From positions 11,677 through 75,676 of the IMG/VR virus record IMGVR_UViG_3300033151_000166: a stretch of 64,000 nucleotides of DNA; one strand, given 5' to 3'. The first letter of the stretch is position 1, and each line of letters opens with the position of its first letter. Position numbers and translations under genes: made by a program. The notes under the pieces are model-generated. The model searched no databases and was not told the DNA's origin. It worked only from the letters and a program-made list of their open reading frames with translations. The DNA comes from a virus. This document shows, piece after piece, positions 37,387 through 48,193 of the stretch.

Positions 37387-40300
37387 TTAGTAAGCAGCCA
37401 TCGGTATAGAGTATTGCTGTACAACACCAGCTAAATCAATTAGTAAGATAAATTGCCACTCAGCTGAGTAGAATCCTGATGGCGGTGTTCTACCAATACT
37501 ACCTGCCATGATAGCTTTATAACCAGTACCTCTTGGTATCTTAGGTAGTAAGTTATCTTGTATTGGACCTCTAGGGTCGTTGTAATTATCACCGTAGGCA
37601 AAGATTTTCTCATACAGTATTTCAGTTGTGTAGTCAGTCTTTAATAAGAACGTGGCTCTAACATGACCTATGGTTGAATAGGATAGGTTAGGGTGATTCC
37701 AATCCAGTCTCTTAATAAAGTTTCTAATATTGGTACTCTCTTGCATTGGTCTTGTGATAGAGTCACCAACAATTTCTGGTATCAAAGCATTAACTTTACC
37801 AGCTTTTCTATAGCCTGCTACACCTGAAGAGACAGCTAGTACAGTGTTAGACACACTTAGTCTAGCACTCTGAGTTGTTGGAGCTTCAGTGTAAGCTAGA
37901 GCTACTAGATCTAAAGATGCCTCATTATAGATATTGTTGTCATAGTTAGTAACTGCCAATAATGGTCCAGGTAAATTTTCAGCTCTAGCAAACCTAGGAA
38001 GATACTCAACTCCAGTAGTCCTATCAAAGAACACATGTGTATTGGTACCATAAATTAATACAGCTGTATTGTCTTTACCACTGAACTGCCAGTAGATTAT
38101 GTTAAGGAAGTTTTTAGGAGTACTATAAACTGGAGAGTTAATTACACCTGTAGAAAAGGCCCAACTACAAGTGGTATTATTTAATTCGTCATTGTCTAAC
38201 CAACTAAAATTAATTAGATTCAAAGCGTCACCTGAAGACAGAGCATTAGATGAGAACTTATAGTTGTCCTTAGTAACACCACTAGTTGGCATAGAAGCAT
38301 TAATACTAGATTGAACCGCTGCTGGGTCACCGTAGTAAGTATCATAACGAGAGTTGTATACATAGAATTCAACACCACCATCAGCTTTAACAAGACCTAT
38401 TGCAGTGAGTCCTGAAGGCCATTGCTTAGGCTTAACTGACACAAAGATATCTACATAGCCAGATGTAAACTGAGACAAGCCGTTATAAAAATCAATAGCA
38501 TCAGAGTTGATAGTCAATGTTCCATCTAGATTAAGACCTACTACTACAGTTGTTCTAACATAAGTTGTTGGAGCCTCGCTATCAGGGTAGTGATAGATAT
38601 CTACTTCAAAAGCACTGGTCATGTCATTGCCGTTAACTGTTTGAGCTAGCTTAGAATTGTTAGTCCAAGGATACCAGATAACACCATTAGCTTTGTGCAA
38701 TGACACAAGACCATAAGCAAGTGTCTGATAACCAAAGTTATTTAGTTTAACATCAACCCAGTCCTCAGTGCTTGGAAGATCTGGTATATAACTAGTTGAA
38801 GCTGCCCAACAAATGGCTGCTCCATTCTTCAGCATAACTGCAGCTAGACTAGAGTTAGCGTAGTATAGGGAGAGTAAACTCCCAGCTACTAAATTGGTAT
38901 GTCCATCATCAACTGGCGCTAGAGCAGCTAGACTATCAGTACAATATGCTACACCTTCAGGTGTTAGACCAGAGATAAGACTGTTACTAGTAGCCCAGAT
39001 CTTATCTAACTTAATACCTGGAGGTGTAAGTCTTACAACGGCTTCTGTATCTGAGTCTCTAATCATATACCATTCTTTGTTTCTAGACACGTAGTAGCCA
39101 CCGACTCTGTAACCACGAATAGCTTCTATTGGATCAGGCACATCAAAGTTAGGGAACTCATCGTAAACAGTATCTGTAGACATAAAAGACCAACTATAGA
39201 TAGGGTTCTGACCTAGGTAAGAAAACCAAGATCTATAAGGACTTCTAACAAAACTTTTTGCAGCCCCACTAAGTCTACCTATCATTCTATCACTAGCATC
39301 AATAGGTGAGCTAGCTGAACAGTCCATTGTTGCCACCTCAGACAGTGGGAATTTACTATAGAACTGATTAGACTTACAGGTCATTTGAATTGTAGCACCA
39401 AATCTAGTGAATCCGTAACGCGCTGCGTGCAGTGTAATCTCTGAATTACAATGTAAATGAGCGACAGCTGTGGTACTTAAAACTGTGTCTGTGAGTATTT
39501 GATTTGTTATACGCTGTATATCAACCAAGTCGTAATTTCCTATAATAGCTGTATGCTCATAGTTGGTTTCCATTCTATGACCGACCAATGACCTATTGCC
39601 ATCTAGAACATAATCAGGTATAGCAGGCAGTGCTACATTGGATAAGAAAGTACCGTTAACATATAGATCAGCGGTGTCATCACCAAGAGCATTAGCAAAT
39701 ACGACTGTCATTGAGTCGTCTATCTCACTTCTATATGCCTGCATCAAACCAAACTTAGTGTATCTAGTAAGATCTAAATGAGTATCCAGAGTACCTGCTG
39801 GTATCTCGCTTAGATTATATTGACCACCAAGTTCCCAAGGACAACCTAGTTCTGAAGGGGTATTACTAGGGCTCAGACTAAGATCATATGGTTCAGTGTT
39901 TCTATTCAAGTAGAAGTACTGATCTCTACCAGTTCGCCACATTAGATCTCCGAACATCCATTCGCCACCTAACCAGCTTGCAGTGCCAATGTGTTGATGA
40001 GTAGTAAGGCGTCTATGTAGTGTTTGTATACCTGAAGACTGCCAAGAACCACCTCTAGCGCTTATGTATCTAGCAGTTATAGGCCAATTTTGTGAGTCGT
40101 AATACATGTAACCCATTTTAGTTTCATCTAGTTTAGCTTGGAAAGTAACAAAGCTAGCGCTAGTTTGAACCTCGCCATAAGCATACACGTAGTATCGATG
40201 TACGTTTAATGATGAGACCATCTCAGGTAATAACCATTTAGGGTCTTCTCTAAATTTAAGTACCTCAGTTATAGGGAAACCAGTGAAGTTCATCTGTAGG

Positions 40301-43300
40301 AAGTTAACTTGAATACTGTTAGCAAAGTCCTCATGACTAGGTACGTAGCCAGAGCCCTCGTTTTGAAGCTTAAAACCTGATTGAGTTAGAACAACTTCAC
40401 CATTCATATACCAAACAGCACTTCCATGTATGATAGACAGTATTAGTTCTACTGAGTCACCCGGAGTATAAGGAATATTAACTCTTTTAGTTGCAGTGCC
40501 ATAACCAGTACTACCAAAACCAAATCTAAGCTCATTATTTTTAGTACCTACAAAGGCTGATGAGTTACCGTTGTCATAGTAGTCCCATATACTTATAGTC
40601 TGGAAGCCAAATATCCAGCCAGAAGAACCATTAGGTAGGTGTACTATTGTTCTCATACCAAAGTTCTCATAACGTAGTTGTTCTTTAACAGGTGCTACAC
40701 CATCTTGTGTGAATGGATTACCATAGAACCGAGGTCTAGAACCCCAAGTAGACTGAGGCGCAGTTCTCGGTTCCATATTGGTATTCCAAAACTCAGCTTG
40801 GTTCTTAGCACTAGCTTTATAAGAATTGTCATAGCTTACTTGAATGTCTTTATTGATCTTTAGTATCTCATACTTCTCACCGAAATATGAATTACAAGTC
40901 ATGTGACTTTTAAGATAAGCTTGGATACCAGAAAGAACATCTATCTCTGAGCTACCTGACATATGACAAATAGCTACATTAGGTACAGCGTGTACAGTTG
41001 CACTACCAGCGTTGAACTTAGCTCTAGGTTTATGGTCATTCTCATACTTCAGTACATAACGATCAGCATCAGACAGTGTTCTATCAAAGAACCTTACACT
41101 GTCCCAGTTACCACCGTGCATTTCAAAGCTATCCATTAGTACCATAGACCCAGTTAAGGTGTCTCGCTCTAAAGTAAGATCACCATCTATATAGACTTTA
41201 AAGTGACTATTTTCAAATTCAATAGTGACATGATAAAAGCCTTGCTCTCTAGGAATATCTGATGTTGGGTCTAGCTCAGGGTGTACACAAGGTGACATTT
41301 CTATATGATCAGCCCATAACTTATAGACAGTGTCAGCTCCGGAATAATCAGCCGCCTGAGTCACAGCACAAACGACTGAGACTTGAGAGGTTGGGCTTGC
41401 TTGACCAAAAGAATTAGGTATTAACTCAAATTTCATACCTTGGTATTCTGAATCTCCACTAGCATGTTGTGCCTCTATAACTATGGGACTGCCCCAGGTA
41501 TTCTCAGCGTCACCTATAGGTGGGCACCAAGCTGAATTAGACACATGAAAAGACATGGCCCATAGAGTATTAGAAGTTAACCAAGCTGCTACGTCAGGTG
41601 AACCATAACCGAGAGTTCCTGCTTGATCAAATCTACCAACTCTATGCCCTTCTACACCATTAGCGGAGCGAAAGATAGGTACAAAACCTTGAGCACCTAT
41701 AGTTCCGTTAGGCCAAAAACCTAGACAAGAGCCGTCCTCGAAGATATCAAATATCTGATCAGTGTTAAAAGGTAAAGGATATCTCCAACCAGCGACTGTT
41801 AAGTCACTACTAGAGCCAACTAGATGAGCCTTAGGTCCAGGAATAGACTGACCTTTAGCTGTAAATCTATACACTTGTGGGTACAGTGTGATAAAAGGAG
41901 TGTAGGCTCTAATGTTTATAGCTTCGCCCTGTAGGTGCGCACTACCATATACTAGATAGAAACCACCTTCTACGTCTAGAGTAGCTGTACCTTGTAGGTT
42001 ACCGAAAGCTTTAGGTCTAGCATGTGAAGTAGCTGAGGCACTAAGATGAGACTCTGTAGCACCAAGGTGTTTAGCTAGAACACCGTTTCTTGTACTTTGA
42101 GTTATCTCTTGGTCATAGTACTGTACAAACTGTATACTAATAGCATTAGCAGAGCTATGAATTGGATGACTAACTGCAGTGCCATTTGAAGCTGGTGCTC
42201 TAGCGGTCAATGTTACACTAGCTTTGATCACACCATCAATACGTATAATGTATGTGGCTTGAGTACCATTAAGAATCTTTTGAACCTCTAGTAGATACGT
42301 ATTGCCAACGCCATTATGTGGTATGTTACCAAAGTTATATGAAGTACCGTTAAGACGCATACTCATACCAACGTAAGTTGAAGCTAGAGTACCATTTATA
42401 TAGATGTACTCGCCAGTAGGGTGGTAACACTGATACATAGTTCCACCAGAAGCATTTAGTCTGATACTAGCAAAGTAAGACCAACTAACATATTTAGGGA
42501 AGAACGTGTATGATGTACGACCAAACCTAGCATAGCCAGAGGTAGGTCGCATTGCTGTACCCTCAGGTAAAACTACGTAGGTCCAAGAACCCGTAGAGTA
42601 GTTATGCGTTAAACCAGTGACACTATCAAGTGTGTTATTGTCAAAATCAAGGTTGTGAATTAACTTAGGTCCAAAATGTGTAGCACCAGCATCAGCAAAA
42701 ACTGTAGCACCACCACTTAGAATAGACTCGCCCCACTCTCTATAGCTACCGGCTTCAGCATCAGCAAATAGATTAGCTTGCTGACTCAAGTGTGACGTAC
42801 CGAGATAGTTGTACCAAGTATAGACAACGTCTAAAGTAGCTGAAGCACTAAGATCAAAAGTAAAGTACCATAGACCACGAATAAACGACAGTACATCTAA
42901 AGTAGCTGAAGCAGTGAGCGGTGCGTTAAAATATAAATAACCTCTGATAGTAGGCACTATATTGACAGTTGCTGTCTCACTCAACACGGAGTCAAAGTAC
43001 AAGTACCCACGTATAATAGGCACAACATCAGGTAAGTAGGCTGAGCTACTTAGTATACTAGAACCTAGTACGTCACCTCTAAGAGTAACTGCGGTAGTCG
43101 CTTTACCATAAAGTCTACCTTCACCTAGCGTTGGTCCAGTAGTGAAGCTGGTAGCATTACTTATAGCCTCACCAGCCAATCTAGTTCTAGAATCTTGTTC
43201 AACTGTTACTCTTATGTTAATAGGTAAGATCTCAGAAAAACCACTTGTACTATAAGGTCTTACTCCAAAATAGTACTGACCTATAGCCGATAAGAAACTA

Positions 43301-43953
43301 CCATCATTATGAGCTAGACTAGCCATAGTTGGATCATAAGCTTCTAGACGTTCTTGAATCCAATAAGGTTCGCCATTCTCAGTAGTCTCTATACCTGGAT
43401 CATCGTCCTCGTGTACTAGATAAGTATTATCGTCAGGTGGTGTATTAGTAGCTGCATACAACTGAATGACTGTATCAATCCAAGGGTCATCCCAGTAAGC
43501 ATCTGTTTGAATAGTTTCAACACCAACTAGTAAACCAGTAGTATCAAAAGGCTCACTGTTAATGTACAGTTGACCATCAGCGGGTGCTAGAACATACTCG
43601 TAAGTACCTGTTTTTATAGGGAAGGTTGAACTTAATTCTCTACCTAGATTTGACTCTGCTAGTACAGCTGCTGAACCAGCTAAGTCAGCTTGCTTGATTT
43701 TATTAAGAGACGCTTGAACAGTAGCTGAACCAACTAGTACAGTGCTGAAGTTAGGTCTTGCAACTGTACTCGCTGAACCACTAAGTCTAGCTGCGACTAT
43801 CTTTAACAGTAGTGTACCAGAACCCTGTAATTCTGAAGAGCTACGAAGTAATGGCGTGGCTATACTAGTTACTAAAGCTGAACCAGATATAATGATGATA
43901 GAGCTGTCTTCAGACCACCCTTGGGCCGCATAGCCAGTTACTACGTAATTCAA
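37387..43953 (-). CDS. 2188-aa tail fibre / receptor-binding protein (beta-strand repeats, LamG-like domains, RCC1-like C-terminal half)
   Basis: LSGSA repeats, three 22-aa IRG(Y/L)..F repeats, LamG-like YIDG/YMNG/YVNG and RFFDRTLS motifs, LxxNG.V repeats. Confidence 0.75.
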   Translation of the reverse strand: MNYVVTGYAAQGWSEDSSIIIISGSALVTSIATPLLRSSSELQGSGTLLLKIVAARLSGSASTVARPNFSTVLVGSATVQASLNKIKQADLAGSAAVLAESNLGRELSSTFPIKTGTYEYVLAPADGQLYINSEPFDTTGLLVGVETIQTDAYWDDPWIDTVIQLYAATNTPPDDNTYLVHEDDDPGIETTENGEPYWIQERLEAYDPTMASLAHNDGSFLSAIGQYYFGVRPYSTSGFSEILPINIRVTVEQDSRTRLAGEAISNATSFTTGPTLGEGRLYGKATTAVTLRGDVLGSSILSSSAYLPDVVPIIRGYLYFDSVLSETATVNIVPTIRGYLYFNAPLTASATLDVLSFIRGLWYFTFDLSASATLDVVYTWYNYLGTSHLSQQANLFADAEAGSYREWGESILSGGATVFADAGATHFGPKLIHNLDFDNNTLDSVTGLTHNYSTGSWTYVVLPEGTAMRPTSGYARFGRTSYTFFPKYVSWSYFASIRLNASGGTMYQCYHPTGEYIYINGTLASTYVGMSMRLNGTSYNFGNIPHNGVGNTYLLEVQKILNGTQATYIIRIDGVIKASVTLTARAPASNGTAVSHPIHSSANAISIQFVQYYDQEITQSTRNGVLAKHLGATESHLSASATSHARPKAFGNLQGTATLDVEGGFYLVYGSAHLQGEAINIRAYTPFITLYPQVYRFTAKGQSIPGPKAHLVGSSSDLTVAGWRYPLPFNTDQIFDIFEDGSCLGFWPNGTIGAQGFVPIFRSANGVEGHRVGRFDQAGTLGYGSPDVAAWLTSNTLWAMSFHVSNSAWCPPIGDAENTWGSPIVIEAQHASGDSEYQGMKFELIPNSFGQASPTSQVSVVCAVTQAADYSGADTVYKLWADHIEMSPCVHPELDPTSDIPREQGFYHVTIEFENSHFKVYIDGDLTLERDTLTGSMVLMDSFEMHGGNWDSVRFFDRTLSDADRYVLKYENDHKPRAKFNAGSATVHAVPNVAICHMSGSSEIDVLSGIQAYLKSHMTCNSYFGEKYEILKINKDIQVSYDNSYKASAKNQAEFWNTNMEPRTAPQSTWGSRPRFYGNPFTQDGVAPVKEQLRYENFGMRTIVHLPNGSSGWIFGFQTISIWDYYDNGNSSAFVGTKNNELRFGFGSTGYGTATKRVNIPYTPGDSVELILSIIHGSAVWYMNGEVVLTQSGFKLQNEGSGYVPSHEDFANSIQVNFLQMNFTGFPITEVLKFREDPKWLLPEMVSSLNVHRYYVYAYGEVQTSASFVTFQAKLDETKMGYMYYDSQNWPITARYISARGGSWQSSGIQTLHRRLTTHQHIGTASWLGGEWMFGDLMWRTGRDQYFYLNRNTEPYDLSLSPSNTPSELGCPWELGGQYNLSEIPAGTLDTHLDLTRYTKFGLMQAYRSEIDDSMTVVFANALGDDTADLYVNGTFLSNVALPAIPDYVLDGNRSLVGHRMETNYEHTAIIGNYDLVDIQRITNQILTDTVLSTTAVAHLHCNSEITLHAARYGFTRFGATIQMTCKSNQFYSKFPLSEVATMDCSASSPIDASDRMIGRLSGAAKSFVRSPYRSWFSYLGQNPIYSWSFMSTDTVYDEFPNFDVPDPIEAIRGYRVGGYYVSRNKEWYMIRDSDTEAVVRLTPPGIKLDKIWATSNSLISGLTPEGVAYCTDSLAALAPVDDGHTNLVAGSLLSLYYANSSLAAVMLKNGAAICWAASTSYIPDLPSTEDWVDVKLNNFGYQTLAYGLVSLHKANGVIWYPWTNNSKLAQTVNGNDMTSAFEVDIYHYPDSEAPTTYVRTTVVVGLNLDGTLTINSDAIDFYNGLSQFTSGYVDIFVSVKPKQWPSGLTAIGLVKADGGVEFYVYNSRYDTYYGDPAAVQSSINASMPTSGVTKDNYKFSSNALSSGDALNLINFSWLDNDELNNTTCSWAFSTGVINSPVYSTPKNFLNIIYWQFSGKDNTAVLIYGTNTHVFFDRTTGVEYLPRFARAENLPGPLLAVTNYDNNIYNEASLDLVALAYTEAPTTQSARLSVSNTVLAVSSGVAGYRKAGKVNALIPEIVGDSITRPMQESTNIRNFIKRLDWNHPNLSYSTIGHVRATFLLKTDYTTEILYEKIFAYGDNYNDPRGPIQDNLLPKIPRGTGYKAIMAGSIGRTPPSGFYSAEWQFILLIDLAGVVQQYSIPMAAY

Positions 43954-43955
43954 TG

Positions 43956-44477
43956 CTATGCCCCGAAGTAGGTCTTAATACCTTTGAATATGTCAACACG
44001 GTATTCTACATTCACTGAAGCATCTTTAAGTTTCATGTAAATACTGGTGCTTGTAACACCATTACCTGGTTGATCAAACTCAACTGTGAAGCCTGCATGT
44101 AGTCTAACCTCAGTAGCTGCACTGCTTCTAAGATTTGTAGTATCATGTAAGTACCATTGACCTGCAGAGTTCGGGTCTGCTTGATTAGGTTTGTCATAGA
44201 AAAAATGACCTGAGTAAGTATAGAACCCTGAAGCTGTAACCCCAGTGAATGTGAAGTAGTACATGTCTTCAATGTTAGAAGCATCAACTGCTAGGATGTC
44301 ATGAGTCAACTCTATAGACCCTTGAATATTTCCCTTCTCTGTAGTCGTAACTAACGTGGTGTTGTTATAGGCAATAGCAGCCTCACCTTGTTCTGCCAAT
44401 AGAAAGTTCTGGTCAAGCTCATCGAATGTAAGTTCTCTACCTAGTCCCGATCTGTAAAGTATCTCTTTTCGTGCCAT
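43956..44477 (-). CDS. Tail fibre-associated protein
   Basis: N-terminal R..LGRELTFDELDQNF motif common in phage fibre proteins. Confidence 0.65.
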   Translation of the reverse strand: MARKEILYRSGLGRELTFDELDQNFLLAEQGEAAIAYNNTTLVTTTEKGNIQGSIELTHDILAVDASNIEDMYYFTFTGVTASGFYTYSGHFFYDKPNQADPNSAGQWYLHDTTNLRSSAATEVRLHAGFTVEFDQPGNGVTSTSIYMKLKDASVNVEYRVDIFKGIKTYFGA

Positions 44478-45361
44478 TATAGTCTCCTGCCGGTGAATTG
44501 TATTTGCTTACCGTAAAGTGTTAGATTGATAAGCTCTTGTGTGTTTTGTCTCATACCTTTTGCGTAGTGAACTATCCCATTAGGATTAATAGTTTCAATG
44601 TCTGCATGCAGTATAGGTCTAGTAATTATCACTGGGTCTTGATAGTTAAATAGAGTTTCTTCGTCTATGTTAACTACCAGGCTAATTGTTTCATTGCCGT
44701 TAGTAAACTCTAAAAGGTCCCCGGACTTTAGCTCTTTTAAATCAATTATTGCATTAAGGTTTATATCGACAGTTTCACCTGAATCATATACTATGAATGG
44801 GTCTATTACTAAAGGATCTATGTCAGGAACATCTTTGGCACCAGCCCAACCAACACTGTTTCCAAGAGTAACAGTTGAAGGTATGAATAGTAACTGCTCA
44901 TAGTTCTTAGGCCATTGGTAAGTTAGTTTGATGCCTGTAGGTACATAGCCAAGTCTCAAGTTCCACAGATATTCAGAATCAAAGTAGTGAGGATTAAAAT
45001 AGAACTTGCTTCTCTTAATAGGGTCCCAACTATATTTACCTGTTATAGGATCTTGGTAAAGGCAATTGCCATTCTCAAGCTTAATGAATACAGCTGAGTC
45101 TTGATTAAAGATCGACTTGTTCTCTTTAGCATCATAAGTCTGACGACTGCCAACGATCAAAAGCTGCAGTAGTTTTTCTTGTGGTAGAAAGTATCTAGTA
45201 AAATAGTATTTGTCTGGAGCCTCAAACATATTAGGTTTGTGATTGCCAATGCTATTGCCGTTGATACTAATACCAACACTAGATGTATCACTAGAGATAC
45301 CATGTATGTGGTAAGGCAAAGTCAAGTCTGTATCGTTAGTGGTGTATTTATATTTAAGCAT
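44477..45361 (-). CDS. Tail tip component
   Basis: Operon position. Confidence 0.55.
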   Translation of the reverse strand: MLKYKYTTNDTDLTLPYHIHGISSDTSSVGISINGNSIGNHKPNMFEAPDKYYFTRYFLPQEKLLQLLIVGSRQTYDAKENKSIFNQDSAVFIKLENGNCLYQDPITGKYSWDPIKRSKFYFNPHYFDSEYLWNLRLGYVPTGIKLTYQWPKNYEQLLFIPSTVTLGNSVGWAGAKDVPDIDPLVIDPFIVYDSGETVDINLNAIIDLKELKSGDLLEFTNGNETISLVVNIDEETLFNYQDPVIITRPILHADIETINPNGIVHYAKGMRQNTQELINLTLYGKQIQFTGRRL

Positions 45362-45987
45362 CAGTTATCCTTCGCAAATACTATACCAACGTAACTAGTA
45401 ACGCCAGTATCAAAGTTTACTTTAATCTCAATAACAACTATCTTGATATCTTTATCTAGTATGTTAATAATGTCACCTTTGATAAACGCTTGAGCACGAT
45501 TAAAAGTCACTGTACCACGAAAAAGTTTGAACTTAAAGTTGTTGTTGTAGAAGCTTCTAGCTCCAGCTACATCTAAAGTAGTATGAATATCTAAAGTCTT
45601 AGAATCTGTACTACCAAAAGGTCTGTAAACATTGGGCTCACCGAGCTGCTCTTTATCAATAAACTTTAGTGCTAGTGGTGCTTCTAAAGTGTTAGCTACA
45701 AACTCAAGTGAGTACTTACCATTGATATAAGACTGCTCATTAAACTCACGCCATGTCATGCTATAGTTATGACCGCTAACATCTTGACTTATAAAGTTCA
45801 TACTGTCACCTAGTATAACTGGTTCACGTGCATGTACTTGTGCTATGTAACTGTAGAAAGATTTATTGTCATTAAAAGATAAAGTAGCATCAGTCTCAAT
45901 AACATTATCTGCCATAGTCATGAAGCCAACTGACTCAAACGGTGAGGTGAATTCATTAAGTGCTAAGTCCATTTGTGCTAAGTTCAT
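45361..45987 (-). CDS. Tail tip component
   Basis: Operon position; IKGDIINI..VIEIKV motif typical of hub proteins. Confidence 0.55.
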   Translation of the reverse strand: MNLAQMDLALNEFTSPFESVGFMTMADNVIETDATLSFNDNKSFYSYIAQVHAREPVILGDSMNFISQDVSGHNYSMTWREFNEQSYINGKYSLEFVANTLEAPLALKFIDKEQLGEPNVYRPFGSTDSKTLDIHTTLDVAGARSFYNNNFKFKLFRGTVTFNRAQAFIKGDIINILDKDIKIVVIEIKVNFDTGVTSYVGIVFAKDN

Positions 45988-45988
45988 G

Positions 45989-48193
45989 TTAAGCCTTTAC
46001 TATAGGATCTTCAGCTGTTAGTAACAGTGAAATTTTAGGTAGATTAAAGCTAGACCCAAGAGGAAAGTTCTTGAACTCTACCAAAGCCATGTTAGGATAG
46101 TTATTTAGTTGAGACTCATTGACTATCTTACTACTCAAGTAATACTTTAGATCATCTGTGGTTATAGTATCGTTAACGATCGAGTCAGCGTTTGTTAGAT
46201 TCAATACTTCTTTCTGTATCATAGTCTCATAACTCTTGTTATCTAGAGAAGGGTCATTAAGATTGATGCTATTTATATCTACCTTCCCTATTCTTATAAG
46301 CTCTTGTACAGTGCCTTTCATAGGTTCGTAACCTTTGAACACATATAGCCCCATATCAGAACCACTGTTCTGATCAATGGTTGGTAGTAACTTAGAGAAC
46401 ATACCACTGTATGAACAAGCATTATAGTTATGGTACTTGTTTACAGTTGGGCAGTATGGTTGATCTGGTGTACCTGGGTATACATACATCTCTATGACTG
46501 GACTGTACGTTGGCATAACATGTCTAGTAAAAGTAAATTTAGTACAGCCTTTACTAGACACACCGGTTACTGGGTTACCGTCTTCATCTACTATGCCTGT
46601 CAAGTTATAGACCTCATCGTCTATTAGTATTTGTTTCAAGTCAGTGATACGAGAAAAACCTATGCTATAGGCTATGTCAGCAAAGTGAAAGACACCTGAG
46701 TCTTTGAAGTCTGTACTAAAATCAACTGTATTGAGTTTGTCTTCTGAAGCTACTTGAGTAGCCTCAACTATACTAGCTCTATGTCTGGCATCTAGTATCT
46801 TAGCAACATCACCCACCTCTGAGAAATATAAATCTAACTCATGAACTATCAAGTCTTTAGCATCAGAGTCAGCTGGATTATATAAGTTACCTACTCGTTG
46901 TAAGATATCTCCACCCGAGTACATGACCGTGAACTGTCCAATGATTACAGAAGACGAGTCTATCAAAGCTTCCATAGCTAAGTCTTTATCTGGGTCACTA
47001 GATAGAAACTTACCTTGAAGATCAGTTGTATAGAATGACTCATAAGCAAGTAGTATGTTATAAGTAGCAAGAATAGCGTTAGTTTCATCTAAAATCTGTG
47101 GTACACTGCTGTAATTATAAAGCCTTTGAATTAAAATAAGCATGTTAGATTGCTTATCAAATAATTCCGTAGCGTAGCTAACTCCAATAGTGTTTAGTAA
47201 CAGTTGGTAGTTCTCTTCAGTATAGGTAGTTCTAGGTCTAACACCAAAGACTCTTACTAACTCACGCTCAAGAAAACTAATATTGAACAAGTAACTAAAG
47301 TCGTACTCAGCTAGGTACTCAGCTACAGCTTTAGTAATTTCAAAGTCATAGACAGTGAAATCTGTACTAGAGTCAATGGTACTTATCAAAGGCCAAGTAA
47401 CATTTACATGCATGTCAGTCTCTAAAGGTACAAGCTGCAATTGATCTATAAGCCCTTCAGCTATAACAATCATGTTATTCATTATTGTAAAGTAGTCATG
47501 AGTAATGGTTAAGTTATCTAACATACCTTGTAACTCTATTAAAGACCGCTCTAGTATCTCATCAGCTTCAAAAGCTTTAGTATCCATCTCTATAGCGTAG
47601 TCTGGTAGTAGGTAGTAGTTACCAAGGTTATTAATAGTACCAGCTATTAAGTCTCCTTGGTTCACTACGATACTCACTGCTTTAGAGTAACCTATAGATA
47701 GATTTATAACGTTCTGGAAATGTCCAGTAAGCCTGCAAAGATCATCTTCACAAGTACTAACATCTACTAGAGGTATACCGTAAAAATCTAGAGCATCATC
47801 TTTATCCTCTTCTGGTACAGTCATATCGATCTCTGTAATATTAAGTAGCTCTTCTTCAGGAAGACCAAGATCTTGAAGTCTTGGTAGTGGCAGTCTTGGT
47901 TTGGAGAATACATCTAAACATCTAAATGACACCACGCCAAAAGAATTCTTTTGAAGCTGTCTAGTAACAATGTTAGCTATAGCTAATGGCTGTGCTTTAA
48001 CATAAGAAGTGCCAGCTATATATGGTAGTGTTGCTTGAGAGATAGAAATCCCAGCAAAACCTGCTTGTGAATAAGTGTCCTCGTTAAAAGGTAAGAACCT
48101 AAGGTTATTAGCTATACAAGTACTGTAGTCTGTTTGTGAACCAGTACAAAAGTTCTGAGCCCCTACAAAATTCTCTATACGACCTGTACTCAT
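45989..48193 (-). CDS. Central tail tip / attachment protein (N-terminal part of a gpJ-like hub)
   Basis: FADIAYSIG..I.DL.QI, YPGTPDQP, YPNMALVEFKNFPLG..LPKIS. Confidence 0.6.
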   Translation of the reverse strand: MSTGRIENFVGAQNFCTGSQTDYSTCIANNLRFLPFNEDTYSQAGFAGISISQATLPYIAGTSYVKAQPLAIANIVTRQLQKNSFGVVSFRCLDVFSKPRLPLPRLQDLGLPEEELLNITEIDMTVPEEDKDDALDFYGIPLVDVSTCEDDLCRLTGHFQNVINLSIGYSKAVSIVVNQGDLIAGTINNLGNYYLLPDYAIEMDTKAFEADEILERSLIELQGMLDNLTITHDYFTIMNNMIVIAEGLIDQLQLVPLETDMHVNVTWPLISTIDSSTDFTVYDFEITKAVAEYLAEYDFSYLFNISFLERELVRVFGVRPRTTYTEENYQLLLNTIGVSYATELFDKQSNMLILIQRLYNYSSVPQILDETNAILATYNILLAYESFYTTDLQGKFLSSDPDKDLAMEALIDSSSVIIGQFTVMYSGGDILQRVGNLYNPADSDAKDLIVHELDLYFSEVGDVAKILDARHRASIVEATQVASEDKLNTVDFSTDFKDSGVFHFADIAYSIGFSRITDLKQILIDDEVYNLTGIVDEDGNPVTGVSSKGCTKFTFTRHVMPTYSPVIEMYVYPGTPDQPYCPTVNKYHNYNACSYSGMFSKLLPTIDQNSGSDMGLYVFKGYEPMKGTVQELIRIGKVDINSINLNDPSLDNKSYETMIQKEVLNLTNADSIVNDTITTDDLKYYLSSKIVNESQLNNYPNMALVEFKNFPLGSSFNLPKISLLLTAEDPIVKA

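Noticed and set aside
37387-43953. Diversity-generating retroelement acting on the fibre
   Set aside because: No reverse transcriptase and no template/variable repeat pair seen; the internal repeats are ordinary protein repeats
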